Assembly (NCBI GenBank): GCA_964605735.1
Contig: CAZSDS010000001.1
Coordinates: 198,771-262,770, forward strand
Source of the DNA: an uncultured Candidatus Saccharibacteria bacterium
Lineage (GTDB): Bacteria; Patescibacteriota; Doudnabacteria; UBA920; O2-02-FULL-48-8
Reading direction: 5' to 3'
Length of the DNA stretch: 64,000 nt
In this document: positions 28,194 to 35,892 of the stretch, piece after piece
Layout: each line of letters opens with the position of its first letter
Position numbering within the stretch: the first letter of the stretch is position 1
Notes under the pieces: generated by a model
What the model was told of the DNA's origin: nothing
Database searches by the model: none
Seen by the model: only the letters and a program-made list of their open reading frames with translations
Made by a program: the position numbers and the translations under genes

Positions 28194-28603
28194 ACTTTAG
28201 GAGGAATAAAATGGACACTGCCCAAGAAATCTCAGATCGAGTAGATAGGATCTTAGAAGGGCCGAAATTTCCCTTCTGGTTACTCTGCAAGTTGATCTGG
28301 TTCGAGCTTCGAGGGAAACAGGTGGAGTCTGTAATACTCGGTCCTGCTTACGAAGTTCACTTCGCCGGCCACGGCCACAACTAGCGCCATGAAGCCGCCG
28401 GCGCTCAAACAAAAAACCAGCGGCGGTATTCTAGCCAAACTGGTTCATCTGTTCCGCTGCAACCATCTCTGGTGTCCCTGGTGCGAGAAAAAACTCTGCC
28501 GGGGCGACCACAGTGAATGTCAGTTGTTCGAGACCGAAGTAAACGGCCCGAATTCCAAACTGATCCCGAACTAATACCTGGCCCTGAGTCAGGTTTTTAT
28601 TTG
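28194..28603 (+). ncRNA. Unclassified structured ncRNA candidate (~410 nt; possibly RNase P RNA or another housekeeping RNA)
   Basis: A GC-rich (~55%) region with no conserved CDS lies between the convergent rplI and ftsX genes. It has the promoter above and its own intrinsic terminator at 28583-28603 (CCTGAgTCAGGtttttattt). Several strong internal stems are visible, including agaagggccgaaatttcccttct and ccgccg...cggcgg. It contains only short ORFs (57 and 61 aa). Confidence 0.4.
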
Positions 28604-28610
28604 GGCAAAA

Positions 28611-29525
28611 CTAAATTTTCAAATACCTTCTCATGGCAATCGAGCTGGCGATAATGCCCAGACCAAGGCCCAGGAGCAAGTTCATTACAGCAATTTGAAT
28701 AAGCAAGGTATTTGTAAGGCTTCCGCCGATATTATCCAAGGACAGTAAGGATTCCACTCGTCCCGACATGAAATGCAAGAGAGCATACATGATACCTGTC
28801 GTAATTACAGTGGCAATAAACCCGTACATAACACCCTCTATGATAAATGGCATACGTATGTACCAGTTTGTGGCGCCCACCAGACGCATAATTTCGACTT
28901 CCTGGCGGCGATTATAAATGGTTAGCCGGATTGTATTAAACATAACCATAATGGTCACCACAACGAAAATTGCCGCTAAAATAATACCTAAGTATTTAAT
29001 GGTATTCGTTATGTTCAAAAGACGGCTGATGACCTTGCCGTTATCCTTTATCCGCTCAAAATATGGCGCGAACCGCTCTGATCTTAAGGTGTCAGCTATG
29101 GTTGAGTAGCTTTCCAAGTGTGCGGCGCGGATTGCGAAAGTATTAGGCAATGGATTTTCGCTCGCATTATAATTTTCCAAAGCTTCAATTAAAAGAGGCT
29201 CATCTTTATGCATTTCCTTGAAGATTTCTACAGCTACCGTATTCGGGATATATTCCACGTTAACTACATCTGGCATCAGCTCGATTTCAGCCTTGATATT
29301 CAAGATTTCACGCTCGCTGGTCTGGTTGTTGAAGTATGCCGTAATGCCCACCTTGTCCTGAATAGTCTGAAGAGAAAGGTTTGTCAGCGTGTATAAAACA
29401 AGGATTGTCGAGATTATGAACAAAGTGATTGTCATAATCGAAGTCGCCGCAAGAGACAACCAAATGTTGCGGAAGAAATTCGTAAACCCTGTTTTTGTTA
29501 ACCTTTTTGCTGTAACAAATGCCAT
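28611..29525 (-). CDS. ftsX: Cell division permease FtsX
   Basis: 304 aa. An N-terminal TM is followed by a periplasmic domain and a C-terminal 3-TM FtsX fold. It lies downstream of ftsE. Confidence 0.8.
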   Translation of the reverse strand: MAFVTAKRLTKTGFTNFFRNIWLSLAATSIMTITLFIISTILVLYTLTNLSLQTIQDKVGITAYFNNQTSEREILNIKAEIELMPDVVNVEYIPNTVAVEIFKEMHKDEPLLIEALENYNASENPLPNTFAIRAAHLESYSTIADTLRSERFAPYFERIKDNGKVISRLLNITNTIKYLGIILAAIFVVVTIMVMFNTIRLTIYNRRQEVEIMRLVGATNWYIRMPFIIEGVMYGFIATVITTGIMYALLHFMSGRVESLLSLDNIGGSLTNTLLIQIAVMNLLLGLGLGIIASSIAMRRYLKI

Positions 29526-29685
29526 TGTTGTTTTTTAGAATACTTTGTAGTTGACGGACGGAACCATTTGTTTGGGCAGAGGCCGTCGGAGACCGTTCTC
29601 AAACGGTCGAGACCTGAGCAGAAAATTTAACGTGAGCTAAATTTTACTGCGTACTCTGAACAGACAAATGGTGCAGTCCTAAAAA

Positions 29686-30363
29686 CTACAAAACGTATTT
29701 GCCTTTTTCTTGATCGTAAACGATCTCGCCTTTTTCAATTGTGACGACGCGCTTTTTAATGCTGTTAACTAAATCCTTAGCGTGCGTTGCAAGCATGACT
29801 GTGGTTCCTGATTTGTTGATTTTCAAAAGAAGCTGAATAATGTCCCAAGCATTGATGGAATCCAAATTGCCTGTTGGCTCATCCGCCAAAAGCAGAACCG
29901 GCTTATGCACCAGGGATCTCGCAATGGCAATTCTTTGTCTTTCTCCGCCTGACATTTCGTCCGGGAAAGCCTTGGCTTTCTCTTCCAATCCAACCATTTC
30001 CAGAATTTTAGGAACTTCTTTTTTAATGACGTGATTGGTTTCGCCAGCCACTTCCATGGCAAAAGCAATGTTTTCAAAAGCAGTCCTGTTCGGCAATAGC
30101 TTAATATCTTGAAAAACGACCCCAATTTTTCGCCTTAAAAAAGGTATATCTGACCGGCGGATGCGCCCCACATCAATGTCGTCGATTAAAATTCTCCCCT
30201 GGTCAGGCCTTTCTTCGCCAATAACAAGACTGAGCAGTGTGGATTTGCCTGCCCCTGACTGCCCAACCAATGAAATGAATTCTCCTTTGTGTATCTCGAG
30301 ATTGACGTTGTTAAGCGCCGCGTGTTTTCCGTACTTTTTTGTGATGTTTTCGAATTTGATCAT
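29686..30363 (-). CDS. ftsE: Cell division ATP-binding protein FtsE
   Basis: Walker A (GQSGAGKSTL), the ABC signature (MSGGERQRIAIAR) and Walker B (LLADEPTGNLD) are present. Length is 225 aa. Confidence 0.85.
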   Translation of the reverse strand: MIKFENITKKYGKHAALNNVNLEIHKGEFISLVGQSGAGKSTLLSLVIGEERPDQGRILIDDIDVGRIRRSDIPFLRRKIGVVFQDIKLLPNRTAFENIAFAMEVAGETNHVIKKEVPKILEMVGLEEKAKAFPDEMSGGERQRIAIARSLVHKPVLLLADEPTGNLDSINAWDIIQLLLKINKSGTTVMLATHAKDLVNSIKKRVVTIEKGEIVYDQEKGKYVL

Positions 30364-30397
30364 TTAGTGGGATTTTTCTTGCCTACTTATTATACCA

Positions 30398-31499
30398 TTA
30401 TTTTTCCTGGTTGCGCGAAAATTCGAGGTAATTTTTTATGAATTCGTCCAAATTTCCTTCCAGAACGCTTTCAGCGTCAGAAGTTTCGTAATTCGTCCTG
30501 TGATCTTTGACAAGCTTGTATGGATGAAGCACATAAGAGCGAATCTGGTTGCCCCATTCCGCACTGTGGTACTCTCCGCGCAGCTGAAGTTTTTCCTGGC
30601 GCTGTTTTTCTTCTTCAAGGGCTGCGAGTCTGGCTGACAAAATTTTTATGGCCTGATCTTTGTTCTGCGCCTGGGAGCGTTCGTTTTGGATGGTGACTGT
30701 AATGCCGGTTGGTCTGTGTGTGGCTCGGATTGCCGAGTATGTTGTGTTTACGGATTGCCCGCCGTGGCCGCGAGAAGTTTTTGCCTCAAAATCGATTTCT
30801 GAAAGATCCAATTTAAATTGTTCCTGATGGATGACTGGCAAAACCTCAACTAAAGAAAAAGATGTTTCTCTGGTTTGTGACGAGTTGAACGGCGATTGCC
30901 GGACCAGACGGTGGACCCCTGCTTCGCTCTTTAGATAGCCGTACGCGTAGTCACCGCTGACTTCAAAGACAACGCTTTTGATTCCGGCTTCTGTGCCGCG
31001 GCTTTCTTCAATGATAGTTACACCGAACCCTTTCTTTTCTGCCCACCTGTTGTACATGCGCAAAAGCATTTCTGACCAGTCCTGGGCATCCACCCCTCCT
31101 GCTCCGGCATGGATGGACATTATAGCGTCATTTTGGTCGTATTTCCCCGACAGAAAGGTGGTTAAGCGCATTTCCTCAAAAACTGCTTCCAGAAGGCCAA
31201 ATTTGGCCTTTAAATCGGCCTCAATTGCCTTATCTGGCTCATTTTGAGCGATTTCAGCTAAATCCAAGGCGTCTTTTACGTCTTTTTCCAGTTTCCCCCA
31301 TTTTTCAACCACAGTTTTAAGGGCCGTGGCTTCTTTGGCTACGGTTTTTGCCCTCTCCTGGTCTGCCCACAAACCTGGCTCTGACATTTGGTCTTCCAAC
31401 TCTAAAATCCTCTGTTTTTTCTGTGGGAGGTCAAAGATGCTCCTTAAGATCATTCATCCGATCTTCAAGCGTTTTAAATTGCCGTATTAATTCTTCCAT
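30398..31499 (-). CDS. prfB: Peptide chain release factor 2, expressed via programmed +1 ribosomal frameshift
   Basis: The SPF and GGQ motifs are present. ORF0 runs from the ATG at 31499 (MEELIRQFKTLEDRMNDLKEHL) to an in-frame UGA. The classical shift site CUU UGA C (31436-31430) is preceded by the SD-like AAGGAG with a 3-nt spacer. The +1 frame continues DLPQKKQ... to the stop at 30398. Confidence 0.85.
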
Positions 31500-31689
31500 A
31501 AGTTATTCAAATTCCATTAGCGCTCGCGGTCCTCCGCCTTACAGGACCGCATAAATCCCATATCTTATACATTCCTTTATTGTGGGATTTTGCTTAGTCT
31601 CGTCCGCTGAGGCGGACTGCGATGTCCTGACGGCAGAGATCCCGCGAGCTAAGTGCAAATTTCTTTTTTCAGTATTATTTACGCATAGC

Positions 31690-32121
31690 TTACTCTCCGG
31701 TGGATCCGAAACCGCCGCGTGCAGTTTCAAGTAACTGATCTACCTCTTCCCATTCAACTTGCTGAACTGGCAGAAAAATTCCCTGGGCAATTCGCTCGCC
31801 TTTTTTCACCTCAACGGGCAGGTCTGTAAAGTTGTACACCATAATCAAAGCCTCGTCATCCGGTCCGGCATAGTCAGGATCAAGTATACCCACGCTATGA
31901 GGGAACATCAGCCCCTTCTTCTTTGGTGTACTGCTGCGTGAAAAAATTGCCAAAAAATATCCTTCCGGTGGTTCGAAATACAATCCTGTATGAAGCAATT
32001 TAATTTCCTTTGGCTTAATAACGGCGTCTTCATTAGATGCAATATCAAAAGCCGCAGATTTTTTCGTGCCATATCCTGGCAACGGGACACTCGGGTCGAT
32101 TCTTCTAATTCTTACTTTCAT
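31690..32121 (-). CDS. dut: dUTP diphosphatase (dUTPase)
   Basis: 143 aa with the motifs GILDPDYAG and RGGFGSTG. Confidence 0.8.
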   Translation of the reverse strand: MKVRIRRIDPSVPLPGYGTKKSAAFDIASNEDAVIKPKEIKLLHTGLYFEPPEGYFLAIFSRSSTPKKKGLMFPHSVGILDPDYAGPDDEALIMVYNFTDLPVEVKKGERIAQGIFLPVQQVEWEEVDQLLETARGGFGSTGE

Positions 32122-32171
32122 ACTTAGATTTTAACATAAACAAGTTGTTAGTGCTGATTTGATATATTCCA

Positions 32172-32522
32172 AATAAAAAAGCAGGACGTATGGAACGGCC
32201 TGCGGAAATGAAGATGTCCTCCATGGACGATGCATCGACTCTGATGAGTTTAGCCGTGGGAGCTACCCCATCTCAAGACGTGTGTCTTGATAGGAAACGG
32301 ATATGGAGGTCCGAGTTGCCTCTAGACTTTGTAACTCCAAGAGCAATCCGCTCCTACAACCCCGCATTGCCTGCGGTTTAGGCTTTTCCGTCCTAGTGCA
32401 CAGAATGCACGTGTCTCCCTACTCAAGTTTGCTGTCCTCTTTCAGTTACCCATATCATTGACTTTCGCCAAGTAGGAACGGAATCGGCATGCGCCTTTCT
32501 CTCCCAGCAGAGTCAGATGCAA
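32172..32522 (-). ncRNA. Unclassified structured ncRNA candidate (~350 nt, minus strand)
   Basis: A GC-rich region with no CDS lies between the rplA operon terminator and dut. The minus-strand promoter is TTGACA (32556-32551), a 16-nt spacer, then TATATG (32534-32529) with an upstream TG. The minus-strand intrinsic terminator is GCAGGCCGUUCCAUACGUCCUGC followed by UUUUUUAUUU (32203-32171). Internal hairpins include gugcauucugugcac and caagacacacgucuug. Confidence 0.4.
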
Positions 32523-32556
32523 TAAAAGCATATACCAGAGAAAAGATATCTGTCAA

Positions 32557-32582
32557 AACAAAAAACCGCTCTTTGTGAGCGG
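32557..32582 (-). terminator. Intrinsic terminator of the secE-nusG-rplK-rplA operon
   Basis: The minus strand reads CCGCUCacaaaGAGCGG followed by UUUUUUGUUUU. Confidence 0.55.
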
Positions 32583-32597
32583 CTTATTGTTCTAGAA

Positions 32598-33272
32598 TTA
32601 GAGTTGTACTTTGATTCCAGGACCCATTGTTGCGTTTACTGTAACGTTTGAAATGAATTCCTTTTTCAAAGTGGAAGGCTTTGTGGCTTGCAAAGCTTCC
32701 ATAAAGGCGTTGAAATTTGCTGTTAACTGCTCTTCTGAGAAGTTGCTCTTGCCCAACAACATGTGCACGTTGCCGGATTCGTCGTTCTTGAATTCCATTT
32801 TGCCGCCAGCAAACTCTTTCACAGCCTTGCCTACTTCCGGAGTAACAGTTCCGGTTTTTGGGTTAGGCATGAGCCCGCGCGGACCCAAGAGTTTTGCGAT
32901 TACAGCCATTTTGGCCATCATAGCCGGTTCGGCAATAGCAACGTCGAAATTAAGCTCTTCGGTTTCCTTAATCTTTTTGATCAAGTCTTCGCCACCAACC
33001 AGCGCTGCCCCGGCTTCAGTAGCTTCCTTCTCTTTGGCTTCAGTTACGAAAGCGGCAATGCGCTTGGTCTTCCCTGAACCATGAGGCAAGGTTACTGTTC
33101 CGCGGATAGCCTGGTCCGTTTTCTTGGCGTCAATGCCAAGGCGAACATGAACTTCCAGGTTGCCTACAAACTTTGTAGTGGCGGTTTTCTTGGCTAAAGC
33201 AATTGCTTCAGTCAGAGAGTACTTCTTGTTTGCGTCTACTTCTTTCCTAGCAGTTTCTAATCTTTTACCCAT
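32598..33272 (-). CDS. rplA: 50S ribosomal protein L1
   Basis: The ATG at 33272 (MGKRLETARKEVDANKKYSLTEAIAL) was chosen, with the SD AAGGAG 7 nt upstream. The ORF-track start at 33314 would add a 14-aa extension. Confidence 0.85.
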   Translation of the reverse strand: MGKRLETARKEVDANKKYSLTEAIALAKKTATTKFVGNLEVHVRLGIDAKKTDQAIRGTVTLPHGSGKTKRIAAFVTEAKEKEATEAGAALVGGEDLIKKIKETEELNFDVAIAEPAMMAKMAVIAKLLGPRGLMPNPKTGTVTPEVGKAVKEFAGGKMEFKNDESGNVHMLLGKSNFSEEQLTANFNAFMEALQATKPSTLKKEFISNVTVNATMGPGIKVQL

Positions 33273-33326
33273 AAATCTCCTTGTGGTGCGAGCGACCATT
33301 TTAAGGTCTCCCACATTAAAGTTAAA

Positions 33327-33752
33327 TTAAATTTCCTTGTCTTTTCGGATTCTGTTCCAGTGATAGAAATACAGTGGAACTCCAACAATCAATAATGCTA
33401 CAGAGTTGGCTGCCTGACTTTGCCTGCTGGCGGTTCTTTGCTCTTCGCAAATGCGCCTGTTCTCTTCTTCCTGGGCGAGCTTTTCAGCTTCCGTCAATTC
33501 CTGTCCATCAGGCTTGACTGCTGAAGGGATTGACCGTTCAAAGCAATAGTTGTCTGCTTTGGTGAAGATGTAAGTCTTCAGCCCGAGGTTCAGCACGGTA
33601 ACCAGACCAATAATCGTGAGGACCAGACCAACTGACGCAAAGATGTATAGAAAAACTTTGCGCAAAGTAAGATTCATAGCCATATATAGTATTGTTCCGA
33701 TGAGCACTATCGCCAGAATAGGACCTAAGATGGCGAGAATAGTTATCATCAT
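33327..33752 (-). CDS. Hypothetical 3-TM membrane protein inserted between rplK and rplA
   Basis: 141 aa. It starts 17 nt after the rplK stop and ends 54 nt before rplA. It has three hydrophobic helices plus a charged cytoplasmic segment (EEENRRICEEQRTASRQ). Confidence 0.45.
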   Translation of the reverse strand: MMITILAILGPILAIVLIGTILYMAMNLTLRKVFLYIFASVGLVLTIIGLVTVLNLGLKTYIFTKADNYCFERSIPSAVKPDGQELTEAEKLAQEEENRRICEEQRTASRQSQAANSVALLIVGVPLYFYHWNRIRKDKEI

Positions 33753-33769
33753 GATTGTTAGTTTAATGT

Positions 33770-34192
33770 TTATTTGATTTCGATGCCCATTGAGCGAGCT
33801 GTGCCAGCCACGATCTTTTCAGCTGCTTCAACGTCAGCAGCGTTCAAGTCCGGAAGCTTGGTTTCAGCAATTTCACGCAACTGCGCCTTGCTGATTTTGC
33901 CAACTTTGTTCATTAAAGGGTTGGCAGCGCCTTTTTCAACGCCAGCTGCTTTTCTGATCAAAATTGAAGCTGGTGGAGTTTTTACGATAAAGCTATATGA
34001 GCGATCTTCGTAAATAGTAACTTCTGCTGGGACGGAAATGTCACCTAACTGAGAAGTTTTTTCGTTAAATTCCTTGAGGAATTGTCCGATGTTGAGCCCG
34101 TGGGGACCCAATGCAGTACCGGTTTGCTGGGAAGGAGTCGCTTTGCCTGCTGGCAAAAGGATCTTCACCATTGCCTTAACTTTTTTAGCCAT
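33770..34192 (-). CDS. rplK: 50S ribosomal protein L11
   Basis: [38 protein letters not shown]..., 140 aa. Confidence 0.9.
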   Translation of the reverse strand: MAKKVKAMVKILLPAGKATPSQQTGTALGPHGLNIGQFLKEFNEKTSQLGDISVPAEVTIYEDRSYSFIVKTPPASILIRKAAGVEKGAANPLMNKVGKISKAQLREIAETKLPDLNAADVEAAEKIVAGTARSMGIEIK

Positions 34193-34203
34193 TGTTTTAC
34201 GCC

Positions 34204-34749
34204 TTATATCTTCTTAATCTGTAAGAAGTCTAATTCTAAAGGTGTCTCTCGACCGAAAATAGACACCAAAACTTTAACCTTGCCTTTCTCTTCGTCAACT
34301 TCGTTGGCCTTACCTTCATAATCTTTGAATGGGCCGTCCATAATCCTGACCAGGTCTCCTGGTTTTACGTCGATCTTGTACTTCGGTTCTTCCACACCCA
34401 TTCTCTTTTGCAGTGATGTAACTTCTGATTCGGAAATCGGAGTTGGGATTGTTCCGGAACCAACGAACCCGGTTACGTTAGGGGTGTTTCGAACCACATA
34501 CCAGGAATCATCAGTTACTATCATCTCCACCATTACATATCCTGGGAAAATCTTTTCCTCTACAGTGGTGCGCTTGCCATCCTTAATCTTGATCTTCTTT
34601 TCTTTAGGAACCATGACATTGAAAATTTTGTCTTCCATGCCCATGGATTCAATACGTTGTTTGAGGTTAAAGGCGACACTGTCTTCATAGCCTGAATAGG
34701 TGTGAAGCACGTACCAGTGTTTTTCGCCTGTGACTTGTTGTCTTGCCAT
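34204..34749 (-). CDS. nusG: Transcription termination/antitermination factor NusG
   Basis: 181 aa with an NGN domain ([11 protein letters not shown]) and a C-terminal KOW domain. Confidence 0.85.
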   Translation of the reverse strand: MARQQVTGEKHWYVLHTYSGYEDSVAFNLKQRIESMGMEDKIFNVMVPKEKKIKIKDGKRTTVEEKIFPGYVMVEMIVTDDSWYVVRNTPNVTGFVGSGTIPTPISESEVTSLQKRMGVEEPKYKIDVKPGDLVRIMDGPFKDYEGKANEVDEEKGKVKVLVSIFGRETPLELDFLQIKKI

Positions 34750-34788
34750 TTGAAATACCTGCCCCTGTTCGGGGATTAAAATTAAAGA

Positions 34789-34974
34789 TTAGCGATTAAC
34801 GCCGAGTTCGAGAAGTTTTGTAAGCCCGTAGTCTACTGCACCCAGGAATGCCGCTACAACCAGTGAGATTGCAATAACCGCAATGGTGGTTCTAACCACT
34901 GATTTGCGATCCGGCCAGACGACTTTCTGCAGTTCTGACTTCACTTCTCTGAGGAATTGGATTGGGTTGGTCAT
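34789..34974 (-). CDS. secE: Preprotein translocase subunit SecE
   Basis: 61 aa with a single C-terminal TM, in the conserved position upstream of nusG. Confidence 0.75.
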   Translation of the reverse strand: MTNPIQFLREVKSELQKVVWPDRKSVVRTTIAVIAISLVVAAFLGAVDYGLTKLLELGVNR

Positions 34975-35143
34975 AAAGTTAGTTAATGTGCGCTATTATT
35001 CGCGCTTTTTTAAAAGGCCTTTGGGGCCTTTTGTTTATAGGCGCATTATAAAGTATTTTGGTTGTTTTGGCAAGTCAGGCCAGAAAGTATCTTATCCAAT
35101 AAAAAAAGCCTTCCTTGCGAAAGGCGTCCTGACTATGCGCGGG

Positions 35144-35554
35144 TCATTCGAAATGCCACCAGATGTTCAAAATCCAAACCCGCTTGTATTCCATAAGCGG
35201 GGATGATTGCGTGCAGACCCTTGAAAAAAATACACTGCAGCCGTAGTGGTCAGCGCGTGCTAATTCCTGATAGCGCTGTATCAATCCGCGGTGGTATTCG
35301 GTAAGCTCTGAGTTTATGGGCCTTGTAGCCACCGGCAGGAATATCCGGGTAACCCCTTTTCTGGCGGCACAGGATATTTCCCGGAGAATATCTGATTTAT
35401 ATTTTTCTTCTGCATCCCGGTATCCTCGTGCCCTGGCCTCTTCCTTGGATTCGTGCTCCTCTTCGTCCCGTGTGAGCTTGCGCACCTCGTTGGCCAGAGC
35501 CAGCATGAGAGCAGAGGGACTGTTTTGGTAATCAGGGTTTTGCGTTCGCCGCAC
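35144..35554 (-). CDS. Hypothetical protein (GC-rich ORFan, GTG start)
   Basis: 136 aa. The GTG start is preceded by AGGAGG with a 5-nt spacer. The first 22 nt overlap the upstream zinc-finger gene. Confidence 0.35.
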   Translation of the reverse strand: MRRTQNPDYQNSPSALMLALANEVRKLTRDEEEHESKEEARARGYRDAEEKYKSDILREISCAARKGVTRIFLPVATRPINSELTEYHRGLIQRYQELARADHYGCSVFFSRVCTQSSPLMEYKRVWILNIWWHFE

Positions 35555-35771
35555 TTAATCCTCCTAGTAATTCGCCTTTTCCTTGGCAACTCTGGCATGT
35601 GCCTGTGCCGCTACAGCTCGGGCAACTGTGGTTGCTTCTCATTTCAGGACAAAGGAGGTGAAGCTTGCGCGCCCACCGGTCTTTGTTTCCTGTGCCCGCG
35701 CATTCCTTGCACTTGCCATTGCCTTTGTCAGGCTCAATTGGGTTATGCCAATTACAGTCTGGACAGCGCAT
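35532..35771 (-). CDS. Small DnaJ-type zinc-finger (CxxCxGxG repeats) protein
   Basis: 79 aa. Motifs CPDC, CKECAGTG, CPSCSGTG and CQSCQGKG are present. The SD GGGAGG lies 7 nt upstream. Confidence 0.5.
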   Translation of the reverse strand: MRCPDCNWHNPIEPDKGNGKCKECAGTGNKDRWARKLHLLCPEMRSNHSCPSCSGTGTCQSCQGKGELLGGLSAANAKP

Positions 35772-35892
35772 GATGTTGCCTCCCTTCCGAAAAATATAAT
35801 AGCAAAAACAAAGTAAAAAGCGCCAGGGCTCACCTGCCGTTTGCAGGGTTACCTGGCGCTTTTTTGTAATTGTTGGACTGTTTGTTCTTTGT

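Noticed and set aside
28197-28574. Small ORFs (71 aa on minus, 61 aa on plus, and a 57-aa SD-preceded ORF on plus) inside the 28.2-kb GC-rich region
   Set aside because: The region is better explained as a promoter-to-terminator structured RNA. The 57-codon ORF with a perfect SD is kept as a caveat in the finding but was not called as a CDS.
30398-31453. prfB as a truncated gene or pseudogene starting MILRSIF
   Set aside because: The canonical programmed +1 frameshift site (CUU UGA C plus an SD-like element) is present. The true start is at 31499.
28150-32582. tmRNA (ssrA) assignment for either GC-rich RNA
   Set aside because: Neither region shows a tRNA-like T-arm (GUUCRAnUCC) or a 3'-terminal CCA adjacent to an acceptor stem, and no ...ALAA-type tag reading frame is present. 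The GGGGCGAC at 28501 is only 100 nt from the terminator.
34975-35143. Hairpin and T-run elements upstream of secE (gcgctattattcgcgc+T6; aggcctttggggcct)
   Set aside because: These are probably terminator or attenuator-like structures between the 35144 gene and secE. A search for tRNA-Trp or rpmG, which often precede secE, found nothing recognisable, so nothing was called.
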